Positions 1 through 12,289 of a stretch of 64,000 nucleotides of DNA are shown here, piece by piece. Under the pieces are notes generated by a model. It had not been told where the DNA came from, did no database searches, and saw only the letters and a program-made list of their open reading frames with translations. Origin of the DNA: Octopus sinensis (Eukaryota). Each line of letters begins with the position of its first letter. The stretch's first letter is position 1. The DNA is taken from contig NC_042997.1 in NCBI RefSeq assembly GCF_006345805.1, positions 4,216,001 through 4,280,000 of the forward strand, given 5' to 3'. Position numbers and translations under genes: made by a program.

Positions 1-1260
1 GCCTCTTTTCCGAATAGAGTCATTACGTTGAAGAATTTCCTCGGCTTGTTTATTTGCATATTTTCCAGTGATGTGAAAACTGGCCGGAATATTTTAATTA
101 GTGTTTCAATTATTTTCCCCGGGTCTGCTGTCAGTGAGCCATTTTTACCGATTAGTAGCCCTAGCTTATAGCGTACTGAGGCAGACTCCTTAGTCAACGT
201 GTATATGGCTTTAGGATTTCTTTTTATATTTGGGACTACCCAGGTTTCTCTTCCCTTTCTTTTGCATGGGAGATTTTAAGTTCATTTTCTGTCTCGAAGA
301 GTTCCTCTATCAGGTAGAATTTCATACTGCCAAAAGGTGATTGTTTGAACGAAACGAGACCTTTATTCTCTGCCATATGCGTATTCTCCTCTCTCAGGGA
401 ATGATGTTCTTGTGTGTATTGTCTCCCTTCCCTGGGACATATTTAATGCATATCGCATGATTAACATGAATATTTTTAGTTTCATTTCTATGTCTTGCAT
501 ACAGAGGCTTTTAGACCAGTCCCGCTGGAGTATCTGTTTTTCAAGTGACTTTAAGTCGGCCTCATAAATATTTAGGGTGGTTACGTTTTGTAACGTGCGC
601 AGTTTATCTTTAGTTAATTCCGTGCTATACACTGTCAGTTCTATCATGTTATAATCTGAGATTATTGTCGGTGATATATTTACGTTGTGGATAATTTCAA
701 CATTATTTGTAAAACAGAGGTCCAGGATATTTTTTTAGCCTGGTAGGAGAATATATGATCTGCTCCATGAATAATATCTTCGTAGGATCAAGTAGAGTTT
801 CTGCTTGATATCGCTCTTTGTGCCATTCCAGAGTTTATATTACCCTCAGGCCACCTGATGTTGGAGAAGTTGGAGTCATTCATCAGAAATATAATAGTAC
901 GGTGGTCCAATTTTGTTAGTACTTTCTTTAAGGCACTGAGATTTCCCTCAAATTTTCCGTAATGATTTGAGCAATCAATTTGCTTTAGATGTATTATGAG
1001 TGTATCACAGACCCAGTTAGAAATAGATAACTGTGTTAATGGTATGACATCATCTCGGTTGTACATTGCAACACCATCTTGATATTCTTTTTCTTTTGTC
1101 TGTATGGAAGATAGCATATATTAGTATGTGTCTCTCCGAATCACTTACGTCTACAGATATATATAGAAACCTTCCCAGAAGTACCTTGAATATTTCCACA
1201 TCAAAACTATGGTTGCCATGAAGGATGTTGAAGGATGCTTCAGAGCCCGACAGTTGCATT
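1..1260 (-). mobile_element. Degenerate CR1/L2-type LINE ORF2 fragment (APE endonuclease plus linker toward RT)
   Basis: Minus-strand translations give APE-like motifs 'QDGVAMYNRDD' (GGGVAxY) and 'IIFLMNDSNFSNIRWPEG' (GDFNxPxIxW). Near 100-260 they give 'NIKRNPKAIYTLTK...LGLLIGKNGSLTADPGKIIETLIKIFRPVFTS', typical of the CR1 EN-RT linker. Many stops and frameshifts. Confidence 0.8.
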
Positions 1261-1765
1261 ACTGTGTCCTTATTTTAGATGGGGAAGACCAGTTCGAGGA
1301 TTGGTAGAGCTGTCAATTCCCAGAGAGTGAATAATAAGCTGGGGAACTCGAAGGAATCCAGCGCCAATACACAAAGAAGATTGTCTGGATGCAAAAGATG
1401 GTGAACTGGGAGAAGATAAAGGAGATGAATCTCTATTCCTTGGTATAAGATAAAAATTTGGTATAAAATAACAATTTCACATATTTGTCTTAAACAATCA
1501 GACAAGCAGCTTCATAAATCAGATATATGGCATCAGATTGTATTCTATTCAAATAACCACATGTATATATTAAGGCAGAGATGATGAAAATATAAAAACA
1601 TAAGAATATAAACATAGAAAATATAAGGAGTAACATCAAAGTAGAAAGTAAAGTTAGAATAGATTAAAGGGGGTGATTGAAAGGTTCACTACACACATAC
1701 GGTCGTTTCAGATTAGATTTAAGAAAACTTTTTTATTTATGTATTTTTAAAAATATAAAAAAAAA

Positions 1766-2083
1766 GACTCCGCCGGTTACGACGACGAGGGGCCCAGCTG
1801 ATACGATCAACGGAACAGCTTGCTCGTGAAATTAACGTGCAAATGGCTGAGCATTCCACAGACACGTGTACCCTTAACGTAGTTCTCGGGGATAATCAGC
1901 GTGACACAGAGAGTGACAAGGCTGACCCTTTGAAGTACAAGTACAACTCATTTTTGCCAGCTGAGTGGACTGGAGCAACGTGAAATAAAGTGTCTTGCTC
2001 AAGGACACAACGCGTCGCCGGGAATCGAACTCACAACCTTACGATCATGAGCCGAATGCCCTAACCACTAAGCCACGCGCCCT
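1766..2083 (-). mobile_element. tRNA-derived SINE, family A (CORE-like body)
   Basis: Reverse complement starts AGGGCGCGTGGCTTAGTGGTTAGG (A box), then GAGTTCGATTCC (B box), then TGTGTCCTTGAGCAAGACACTT (CORE-like). The same head occurs at 46455-46620, and the tail is shared with 31088-31200. Confidence 0.85.
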
Positions 2084-2179
2084 CTAAAAATATATACTAC
2101 TGCAAGAGAGCGGTAATTTAAGATGAAAGATTTGTATTCAAACATTCATGAGATCTAATCCAGGTCATATTATAAACAT

Positions 2180-3290
2180 ATTAAAACATTTTAAATGTTG
2201 CTGAATATTTATGCTTACAACATACTAAGACATCTGTAATTTTATTTATTAATACGTTTTTTTTTTATTTCTATTACTAGCATATAGCATGTTACTGGAT
2301 TCATTTATGCAAAGCTTACAAGCGTTTGTATTCGTACTGTATGATGTTGATTCAATAAATATCGACAATCTTAAACTATACTCAATGTTAGTCTCCTTGA
2401 GGTGGTTAATGTACGATACTATCCGATATATCAACACTACAATTTGTTACGCTAGAAATAATATTACTAGTATTATTACTAGTAATATTGGGCCTAAATT
2501 TGGGGGTGTTGAGTATGACAATTTCAAACAATCTTTGTTGACAATTGAGGTGTATTTGTGTCCTTGGGGGATGTTTTTCTCAACATTTTTATAAAATACT
2601 TTAGGGGGGTTCCTAATTTGGAGTGAAAAGGTCGATTGAACCAAATTTTATCCCATTTCCTACATTTCTTAGCAGTTTTATTAGTAGTAACAGTTTGTCT
2701 ATAATTCGTGTTTGTAAAACAATATAGTTTATGCACAAATTGCTTATGGTTGCTGATTACTGACTAACCCTGATTTAATTTGTCTTTAAAAATTGTATTA
2801 GACATATAATAAATTTCCTTGTAAAATCCACTATTTCTCGGTGCTTGATTATATAGCGGGGCATGATTATGAAATATATATTCATTACTAGACAAAATTC
2901 ATATTCTAATGGATATTCCAGTTATAATAGCGTTTGACTATTTGATTGAAAATTTATATATTGTATTATATTATTCGGCTTAGGGTATGGGGAATATTGT
3001 CAATTTTTTAAATTGAGAGTAACATCAAAGAAATTAGCTACTGTTGTATTATTATCAACGGTTATAAATAAATTATATTTCTTGCAAAAATTCTAATAGA
3101 GCTGAAGACTTTATCACTTGGTTCGTTTCCCTAAGTAATAATAATAAGACAAACTTTTTGCAGTACGATTTTGTTTAATTATTACCGATCAATAACTCCA
3201 GAATATTTTGATAAGGCAATAACCTTCGCTGAAAAATTTAAAGAAATATATTCACTTTGAAAAATTATAGGCTATTAAATGATAGGAAAA
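2180..3290 (-). mobile_element. Degenerate 5'-truncated Penelope-like element (RT thumb, linker, GIY-YIG C-terminus)
   Basis: Minus-strand 'RIFARKYNLFITVDNNTTVANFFDVTLNLKN*QYSPYPKPNNIIQYINFQSN', 'DKIWFNRPF', 'HKYTSIVNKDCLKLSYSTPPNL' and 'YINHLKETNIEYSLRLSI...NACKLCINE' match successive PLE motifs in the expected order. Confidence 0.8.
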
Positions 3291-3292
3291 GC

Positions 3293-4500
3293 CTAATCGC
3301 GTTCTGCACGCATGATGGTGATTTTTTTTATTTTCACCTCGTCATTCATATGTGTGCTGTTTAGGTGAGTTTCAGTAAGGATAAAGATAAGGAAGCAATG
3401 TGCCGTTTCGGCAAGCCAACAATCGATGTATGGGATCTTCCATTTTAGGGCAATGTGTGATGCGTTGATGCCATGTACATTTAACAGTTGGCAATATGTG
3501 TAGTATTTGTATAGATCTGTGTGACTATTATTTTCTAGTTGGTGGTGGGTGGGTGTTCGTTGTGTCTTGCATCTACTGCGTCTTGGATCTCCTGGCTTAG
3601 GAAGGCCTTCGTATTTTCTAGATAAGTTAGTAAAAAAGAGTTGCCTCTTTGGCATTCCACTTAGTCAGATACTACATAGTACATGTTTATGTGATTTGGT
3701 GTTATGGATTTTCCATACTTTTGTCTTCATTGTTCGTTTGTATGAGGTGAAATGTGGTATTATTTTGATTTTGCTGTAGTCGTAGGTCTCCTTTGTTGCT
3801 GTCTATACTTATTTTTCGATCATTTTGTGCCCTTCAGATTGTAACGTTTGCATTCTGGATTCAAGTTCATCCTTAGTGGCACAGATGTTTTACACCGTTT
3901 AAGATGGAAGAAGGTGCATTCATTACATTTTGTAGTTCATATTTAGGATCAGGGTCATGGACTTTGTATTTAGGAGAGTATTTGGGGTGGAGTTTAGGGT
4001 AGATTTTTTCCCATCATACCATATGGACATGTACTCTTAACAAGTATACGGCATAAGGTATGGTGGAAAAAAAGCACACCTTACCTTGTTGGTGGCACTG
4101 GGGCCAAATCGACAGTTATATTGAGAATGGTAACGACAGGGTTTTTGACGTGGGCATAGTAAAGTTTTTTCGATATTGGTAGGCTCAATGTCAGTGTACT
4201 ATTGTAGAAGTAGCCCACTATTCTTGTTGTTACTATAGCGCCAATGAAACCTGATTTGCAACAGTAGTAATGGGTGGGATCAGGTCAGATAATGGTGCCA
4301 AATACAGTGCTTTAAACGTAGTAGCAGCAGCAGGCTGTTGTTGTTGCGGTAGTGTGTCATGGCTTACCACTGTAGTGTTGGGTAGAATTAGGTCAGATAG
4401 TGATATCAATGAGGATGTTGTTCGTTGCTGGTTAACGGGTAGTTGAAGTGACCGCTAAACCTGTTAGCATTGGATCAGTTAGTGCGCTACATCCGTTTGA
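3293..4500 (-). mobile_element. 5' part of a CR1-type LINE (ORF1 with Cys/His finger and start of APE endonuclease)
   Basis: ORF 3293-3655 has 'LLNVHGI...KWKIPYI...FILTETHLN...EVKIKKITIMRAERD' (APE N-terminus). Near 4030-4120 the minus strand reads 'CRFGPSATNKVRCAFFHHTLCRILVKSTCPYG', an ORF1-like Cys/His cluster. Confidence 0.65.
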
Positions 4501-4721
4501 AACTATCAAATCTGAAATATTTATCTCACATTAGAATACTGATGTCATTATTTCACTTTTGACACTTAATACAGAAATAATGTAAGAGGTTGCTGCAACC
4601 ACGCATTATTTATATACATACACATATTTACATATCTTCATACAGAGAAGTATATATCATATCAATATAATTAAAATTATTTATGAATATATCAATGGCC
4701 AAACATGTTATCATAAAATAT

Positions 4722-5072
4722 GAAGATGAAAAACGTTTTTAATTATGAAAAAGTTTGAAAAAGACTTTACATGTTAAAAATAGCAGCCAAAACCGCTATA
4801 ACGGCATTATTTACTCATATTTCTCCTCACAATAGAAACTATCCTCGGGTGACATCGCAAATATAATCCACAACTTGAAAATAATTGGTTAAATATTGCA
4901 AGATGTGGATTCTATTTGCCATGTCACCCGCGGACTATTTTTATCGTGAGGAGAAATGATATCAACAAGTAATGGCTTTATAGCAGTTTTGGCAGCTATT
5001 TTTAACATATAAAGTGTTTTTATCCCTCTTAGTTATAATTGTGACTGCTTCATAATTGTAAACGCTTTTCTT
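4722..5072. mobile_element. Imperfect palindromic (foldback/MITE-like) element
   Basis: Left arm 'ttaaaaatagcagccaaaaccgctataa...atttctcctcac...gggtgacatcgcaaatataatccaca' is mirrored by 'tgtggattctatttgccatgtcacccg...gtgaggagaaat...ttatagcagttttggcagctatttttaa' around a centre near 4890. Confidence 0.7.
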
Positions 5073-5092
5073 CTACACACTCACAAACACAA

Positions 5093-5139
<47 letters not shown>

Positions 5140-5419
5140 ATATATATATATAACTGAGAATGTGTGTTCGTTTGTCTGATATCTTGTATGTGTGTATCAC
5201 TAAACTCTAATAATACCCAAAGTTTTCATTCAAATATTTCACATCTTACTTTGGGTACACTGCAGTGCGATGGGCCAATAAAAGTTTCAGCTTCTTCTGA
5301 AATGCGAGGCCAGAGATACGTCGTATCACTTACACTATTTCAGTATTACGTGTCAAAAATGAAACGATAACATCTCTTGTAGTGTGTGATAAATATTATT
5401 TTCAGTTTTAATCATACAG

Positions 5420-5471
5420 GTACACACACAGATATACATATATATATATATATATAGATATATATATAATA

Positions 5472-5545
<74 letters not shown>

Positions 5546-5550
5546 TATAT
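5420..5550. repeat. (TA)n microsatellite
   Basis: Directly visible; abuts a SINE 5' end. Confidence 0.95.
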
Positions 5551-5826
5551 AGTGGAAGCGCAATGGCACAGTGGCTAGGGCGGTAGACTCGCGGTTGTAG
5601 GATAGTGATTTCGATTCTCAGACCGGGCGTTGTGAGTGTTTATTGAGCAAAAACACCTAAAGCTCCACGAGTCGCCGGTGTTGGCGATCACTGCTGTACT
5701 CTTTCGCCACAACTTTCTCTCACTCTTTCTTCTGTTGGTCTGCTCGCTTAGCCATCGGGGTGGAGTCATTCGAAGGCTAAAACAATGTGAAGCGCATTGT
5801 GACCAGCGATATGTAGTAACACCTGA
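5551..5826 (+). mobile_element. tRNA-derived SINE, family B
   Basis: AGTGGAAGCGCAATGGCACAGTGGCTAGG (A box) and GATTTCGATTCTC (B-box-like). The first ~190 bp match the minus-strand copy ending at 31419. Confidence 0.8.
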
Positions 5827-5899
5827 TATATATATATATATATATATATTAGGTTTCGAGTGGATGTACAGGTATTATATGTTAGAAGAAATGAGGTAC

Positions 5900-8050
5900 T
5901 CAGAATTCTGGATGGTTTTATATTTACAGATATTTATTATTATGTTACATGTTTTTATATATCATATATCATATAATAGCGCTTTCGTCCACTCTTGTGG
6001 AGTTTTCAAATTGAACTTTTGCAGGAATTTTGACTATTTTTATAGTATTATTGAAACTTCTCACGAGAAATTTTAACTGTAATGTCTACTTCAAACAAGA
6101 CCGGTTGCAGTTGATACTTCAGAACAAAAATTATAACTATTATTACAACTAGATACATTGTCAACCACAGCCAGTAATCTATAATAAATGAAGTTTGTAC
6201 GAGAAAACTGTTAACAGGAACATTAATTAGGCATAGTGAACGGAAAGCAATGAGGCACAGGTCGAATGATTCTAGCGCAACAAATCAAAATGATTTTGAA
6301 AGGACTAAAATTCACATCAACACTACAGTTGTAACAAACATGAAATACAGTACGATGCTCAGAAACTTTGTAGAAACCTATGCGTAATAGAAGAATTCTT
6401 TGACAGAGAAATCAATTATCATTTAATCTTTTATGATAGAAATAACAACAGTCGAACAAATGGTAGAAACCAAGACATGGACAGTTATTTTGATTTTGTA
6501 ACCAGTTTCCCCATACTTTACTTCCACCTAACAAATTTAAACCAAACAGAAGCTGAGACAAAAAAGAGGAAATTATCAATGAAGAGAAGGGCCATCAAAA
6601 TAGAGTAACCAAAGAAGCTGATAAAGATAATTCTGTTGCTATTATAGACTTGGAACAATACGTAAGCATTACAAATCTCTTCTTCGGGACAATGCTTATT
6701 ATGAAAAATTTAACTATTACTAATATTTCGAAATAACTAACTTTCTTCGTTCAGGAGTTCCAAAAAGATTTAACGGAAAAATAAAAAGGGCTAGGTAAGA
6801 TTTGACTGCAAAACCAGATATGTTTACGGGCCTCAAAAGTCCGTAAAAGCGAATCGATAATTGTAGCCTGTTGTAAATTAGATTTATCTGTTATGAACAC
6901 GTAACATACCAGAGATCTCAAAATGAGTCCACTTGTGATAGGTCCTTTCTCTTAGGCACATATACTCAGGAACTTTATTGACGTACTTTCAAATCCCATT
7001 CTTAGGCATATAGTGAGCTTCATAAGAGATTATTAAGACGTTTTAAATATTCGCCAATGTAAAATCAGCATGGATTGTTTTTCTGTTTCATTCGACATAA
7101 TAAATCTTTACACCTCAACTCCGCAGGAATATCGAACGAAAGCTATATAATTCTGGTTGGGAAAATCTTCCAAATGGCTTACTTAACCGAGATGAGAAAT
7201 GGTTTATCATTGAAGTATGAAAATTCATCCTACAATATAGCGTATTATTTTCAACACCAGCGCCTTCAGGCAAATATATGGAATGCGATGTGCACAAGTG
7301 TTACGCTATACTTTTCCTAACCTTTTCCTGACATACTTAGAATTCGAATTATATATTAACACGCCAGACTGGATATGTTGCTGTTGCGATAATTTCCGAA
7401 TATACTTACTGACCAACTGGAAACGCTACCTTGACAAATATTTCATTGTACTTCAATAATCCGGATAAATTCTTGTAGCTTAGAAACACGATAACAAAAT
7501 CCAAAGAATCCAATTTACAGTGGATTACAAACAAAACCAACTACAGTCTTGGGGCATCTTAATCCTAAAAATATAGTTAAAAAAAACAATTACATTGTAA
7601 CACATATCCACGTTAAACAAACAGGCTGAAAAGTATACTTGCTATTCTCTCCCTGCCGTCCAAAGCCCATTAAAATCGATATATACTTTAACTTGTCAAG
7701 AGGCATTTGCACAAATTTCTTCAGACCCGAAACCCAGTAATACTAACATCCAAACTCTAGAATATATTATTCGATAGGAAAAAACCCGGTCAGTTTAATC
7801 ATTGACGGATTAGAACACGAAGTACGACAGACATCCCAGAATTACGAAAACCAAACCCTTTCTCGATACCCTTAAACCTTTACCTTAAATATCAACACAC
7901 AATCCGAGGCACTTGGAAGCATAGAAAATCATGCATCTGAATGTACACAAGAATGTAACCCCACTACATTTTTACACTTCCAACTTTTAATTAGTTTTCT
8001 CTATTTTATTATTTGATTTATTATTTTTATCCCTTCCACCCAGTTTATTA
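5900..8050 (+). mobile_element. Degenerate Penelope-like element (RT plus GIY-YIG remnant)
   Basis: Ordered motifs on +: 'VTKEADKDNSVAIIDLEQY' (~6607), 'FYGPQK', 'PILRHIVSFIRD', 'VSFDIINLYTSTPQE' (~7085), 'WKRYLDKYF' (~7418), 'TKPTTVLGHLNP', and a 'KTGQFNH*RIR' GIY-YIG remnant (~7785). Heavily frameshifted. Confidence 0.8.
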
Positions 8051-8172
8051 TGCCTGTACTTCCACATGCTTCTCCTTCCTTTTTCGCTTCTTCTTTCTCA
8101 TCCTCTTCCCGTAGTTGTTCATTATATTATTAGTATTTTTACCGTTTTTATTACTGTTAATATTTTCGCTGC

Positions 8173-9000
8173 CAAAGGTGGCGAGTTAGCAGAATAGTTA
8201 GCACGCCGGACAAAATAATTAGCGGCATTTCGTCCGTTTTCCTGTTCTGATTCCAAATTCTTCCGAGATCAAGTTTAAGTTGCATCTTTTTGGCGTCGAT
8301 AAAAACACACTGGAGTCGATGTAATTGACTTGCCCCCTTCCCCGAACTTAGTAGCTTAGTGCCAATATTAGAAATCATTATTATCATTTTTTAAGGCGGC
8401 GTGTTAGGAGAATCATTAGCACGCTGGACAAAATTATTTTCGGCATTTCGGAACTTCTTTACATTATCATTTCAAATTTTCACATCGTCAACTATACTTT
8501 TCGTCCTTTCTGGGTCGATAGAAAAGGTCCCAATCGAGCCCTGAGATCGATGTAATCGACTAGCCTCCGCCACCAAATCTTCAAAACTTGTGCAGATAAA
8601 AGAAAGGATAATCATTAATATTGTTACTGTTGTTGCTGATATCATTATTGCTAAGGCGGTGACCTCGCAGAATCTGTTGCACGACGGGCAAAAAGATTAA
8701 CGACGTTTCTTCCGTTTCATCTTTCTGAACCAGTAAAGCACTGAGGTCGATGTAATCGATTATCCACCTTCCTCCAAAATTTCACGTCCTCTGCCTCTAG
8801 TAGAAAGTATTATTATTATCATTGCTTAGCGGTATTTCGCTCGTATCTACGTGCTGAGTTCAAATTGCGTCCAAGTCGATTGTACTTTTCATCCTTTCGG
8901 GGTCGATAATATAAGTATCAGTTGAACATTTGGTCGATATAATCGACTCACCCCTCTACCAAAATTACTGCCCTTGTGGTAAAATTTGAAACCATTATTA
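8173..9000 (+). mobile_element. Head-to-tail array of four diverged family C SINE units
   Basis: Units start at ~8173, ~8393, ~8654 and ~8825. They carry variants of 'ggcgagttagcagaat.gttagcacg', 'gagttcaaatt', 'ctttcatcctttcggggtcgat' and 'gtcgatgtaatcgact', separated by (ATT/ATC)n tails. Confidence 0.8.
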
Positions 9001-9567
9001 TTACACTTGTTATTTTTTTAAAATTCTCGCTTTGGCGCGCTAAATAACCGTAAATAATACTGCAGAAAATAATTCACTGCAGTAGCTTTTTCCGGTTAGA
9101 GAACGTATTAATTTAAAATTAAAATTAACATGAGGGTAAAAAATTGGATATCAATAGGAAGCAACGGTTCAAAATTATGATAGTTTACAAGGACCATAGT
9201 TTACAAGTACGGTATACATATTTATATATACATATAAGAATTCGTATAATTAGATAAACAGTTAACCAATATTCAAAGAAAGAGTGATGTTGTGTTTATG
9301 TCAGTCTGAATATAAAATTTTATGTTTGGTGGTGCTAACCCCTCTTCCCAATATTGAGTGATACAATGTTGCAAGAAATCTCTTATATGTGAAACTCTGG
9401 AAAACTGTATTGTAAATGTTTCCAGGAAGTGGATTAAATTTATTCCTTTAAAAGAACATTTATAATGTAGGTAGTAGTGATTATAGAATTAAAATCTGCC
9501 GGTGAAGAGGGTAGATAACCAAATATGCTGATCAAGAAGTAGGTGGAAACGGCAGTTTAGGGAATAT

Positions 9568-9786
9568 ATATTTCTTTACTACCCACAAGAGGCTAAACAT
9601 AGAGGGGACAAACAAGGACAGACAAAGGGATTAAGTCGGTTACATCGACCCAGTGCGAAACTGGTATCTAATATATCGACCTCGAGAGGATGAATGGCAA
9701 AGTCGACCTCGGTGGAATTTGAACGTAACGACAGACGAAATACCGCGAAGCATTTCGCCGGCGCGCTAACGTTTCTGCCAGCTCAG
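9568..9786 (-). mobile_element. Family C SINE
   Basis: Reverse complement: gagctggcagaaacgttagcgcg...gttcaaattccaccgaggtcgactttgccattcatcct...cttgtgggtagtaaagaaata. Same unit as 57620-58490. Confidence 0.85.
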
Positions 9787-10829
9787 GGAATATAGCTACA
9801 TAGTGACTTATCAATCAGTGATAATCATTAAATATCAATTATAGTAATAGGAAAAATAGATTCACAATTGGTAAAATTTACAACATTCATAATTATTACT
9901 TTACTAAATATTATACAGTAATGTAGCATCTTAGTGCTTGCTAGAAAGTGCAGCTCAAGCAAAATAGTCAATTGTACTAGTGAATGGTTTTGGAGGAGTG
10001 GATGACCAGTAACATACACAGAGTAGTTGGGGGTGAAGTAGACAGTAGTTGTCTTTGGGGGAATTGAAATAAATATATATATTTATGTGCGTATAGAATT
10101 ATCAGTTTGTAAAGGTAGACGACGACAGGTAAAATAGATGAAAGGAAGTCGGCATATGACTTAAAGACTTACAGCCGACAGTGTATAAAGATGAAATGGA
10201 GACAATACTACTCGGTGAACGTAAGATAGAAACGATAAGATGAGAAACTTTTTAGATTATTTTTTTACTCTTTTTGAAAATCTTTTTTATATTGGATTTT
10301 ATCTTATATCTCTTGTCTCGCTTAATCCAATGCTTGGCAGAGTTTTTTCCATCTTATCTATATTTCTTTTATTTAACTGCCATCATAGCTGAAATGAGAT
10401 TAATTTTGTCATATATGTTTGTTTATAAGGTAATTTTTCAGAGTAAAACCCGCACGATTTTCACTAACAAAAAAAGAACGGATTTTTGCGTGGAATCCTA
10501 ATATGCTACAAATCCCTTAATTTGGTTCGGAACGGGGGTAGGGACGAAAGGAAATAGACCCCCCCGTCTCGGAATCTTGAAATTTTTTTTCGTTGTTGAT
10601 TGTATTCCTGTGAGATCCTAATATGCTACAAAACCCTTCTGCCTTCAGAATTGCGCAGTACTATCCGAGATTATTATTATAAGTACTTCCAAGTTTAAAT
10701 GTCATTATGCAAACAAATGGGTATAGTTACATAATCAAATATCTGTATTTTTGGACAGCTATGTTGCGTCGAAACAATTGTAGCAATAAAAAATAATTTT
10801 CCAATCCTATTCCTTGTTCACACCAAAAT

Positions 10830-10975
10830 TTTCATACATACATACATATATACATACATACATATATACATACATGCATACATGCATGCATGCATGCATA
10901 CATGTATATATATATATATATATTATATATATATATATGTGTGTGTGTGTTGTGTGTGTGTGTGTGTGTGTGCAT
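10830..10975. repeat. Compound (CATA)n/(TA)n/(TG)n microsatellite
   Basis: Directly visible; generates spurious ORFs 10807-11068. Confidence 0.95.
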
Positions 10976-11166
10976 GTATCAAATGAAATAACAAACAGAA
11001 CACAAAGGATGTCGCGGTACACGTGTTTTAAGCTTTATAAAACAACTGATTCTTACATCAATGTATAATCGACAGAACAGATGGGTTGAAGCTCACTTCA
11101 GCCGCATGCAATTGCTATACCAAATACCTTTATCACATTATGAAAAGGACGAAAAGGAACATTTGG

Positions 11167-11207
<41 letters not shown>

Positions 11208-11384
11208 GGAAGCTTGGGCAAGCATCTTCTATTATATTCTCGGACTAACCAGTGCGCAATGAATGGACTTGATAGACGGAAACATAAAGAAGCATATTGT
11301 ATATATATATATATATGTTTGTGTGTGTGTGTGTGTGTGTGTTTGTGTCTGTGTATGCATGTATATATTTGTGTGTTTGTGTTC

Positions 11385-11610
11385 TTGGGCCTCCGTTTGT
11401 GTCCCACACCACCACTTTAAAACCAGTGTTGGTGTGTTTACCACCCCCGTAACTGAGCGGTTCCATAGAAGAAACCGATCGAATAAGTACTACCGCGTTT
11501 AGAAAAATTAAGTCCTTCGATTGATTTCCTTGACTAAACACCCTTCAAACCATTGCTCCTGCATAGCTGCAGTCCAATAGCTGAAACGAATAGAAGATGA
11601 AAGATGAAAG
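11385..11610 (+). mobile_element. 3' module of the composite SINE (family E/D)
   Basis: 'tgttggtgtgttta...gcggttccatagaagaaaccgatcgaataagtact...aagtcc...ttgactaaa...gcagtccaatagctgaaac' matches the reverse complement of 46030-46200. Confidence 0.7.
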
Positions 11611-11749
11611 TTCTATTTCAATATCTGCAATCTTCATGAAATATATTTGAAGTATTTATTTACTTTTCAGCATCAACACGAAACATATATGTGTTCCCTG
11701 GATTGTGCTACTTTCCGCCAACCGCAGTGAAATATGCTCCTCAATGTTC

Positions 11750-12280
11750 ATACATTGGGTCATCCTATAAATAATGCGTACTTTTTGAAATTCTTTTAAT
11801 TTTCAAAATTAAGACAAATTTCATTTTCGATCTAAAATATACTCTCCTTCATTTGATACAATTCTCTCCCATCTACCTGGTAGACTCGCAAGGACCTTCT
11901 TTCAAATCTCTCCTGTCCGTGACGAGAAATAATCCTCTAGTACTGTTCTGACATCGTGTACATAATTCATACTGTTTCCGTCCAAATGATTTTGGAAACT
12001 AGTGAATAAATGATGATCAAATGGGGCAATGGCCAGCGAATATAATGGATGAAGCATCGTTTCCCATTCAAACTAGTCCAGCCTTTGGAATCCCGTCCTC
12101 GCTGCATGTGACCGAGCATTATCATGGTGGAACAACATTTTCGACTTCAAACCAAAGATAGTAATTTTTCTCCTAGTACTGACTTAATCCGCTCAAGCTG
12201 CTCGTAGTAGATCTCCTTAGTTAGAGCTTGGTTCGACTTTTAATGTTCAAAGTGTACTGAACTTTTCACATCCTAACATC
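11750..12280 (-). mobile_element. Mariner transposase C-terminal fragment with probable terminal repeat
   Basis: Minus strand 'HHDNARSHAAR...WETMLHPLYSLAIAPFDHHLFTSFQNHLDG...SLPGRWERIVSNEGEYI' corresponds to the HDNARPH and YSPDLAP motifs. TA-bounded end 'tacattgggtcatcctataaataatgcg' at ~11751. Confidence 0.85.
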
Positions 12281-12289
12281 TGGCAACCC

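Noticed and set aside
1500-1545. Possible decayed hammerhead (CTGATG...GAAGC) downstream of the 2180-3290 PLE
   Set aside because: Helices cannot be formed convincingly.
8173-9000. CRISPR-like or tRNA-gene array
   Set aside because: Units are ~200-bp diverged SINEs in eukaryotic DNA; no short identical repeats, no cas genes and no complete cloverleaf.
9130-9560. Possible further PLE remnant (similar weak signal at ~42400-42650)
   Set aside because: Only isolated 3-4 residue resemblances; not supportable.
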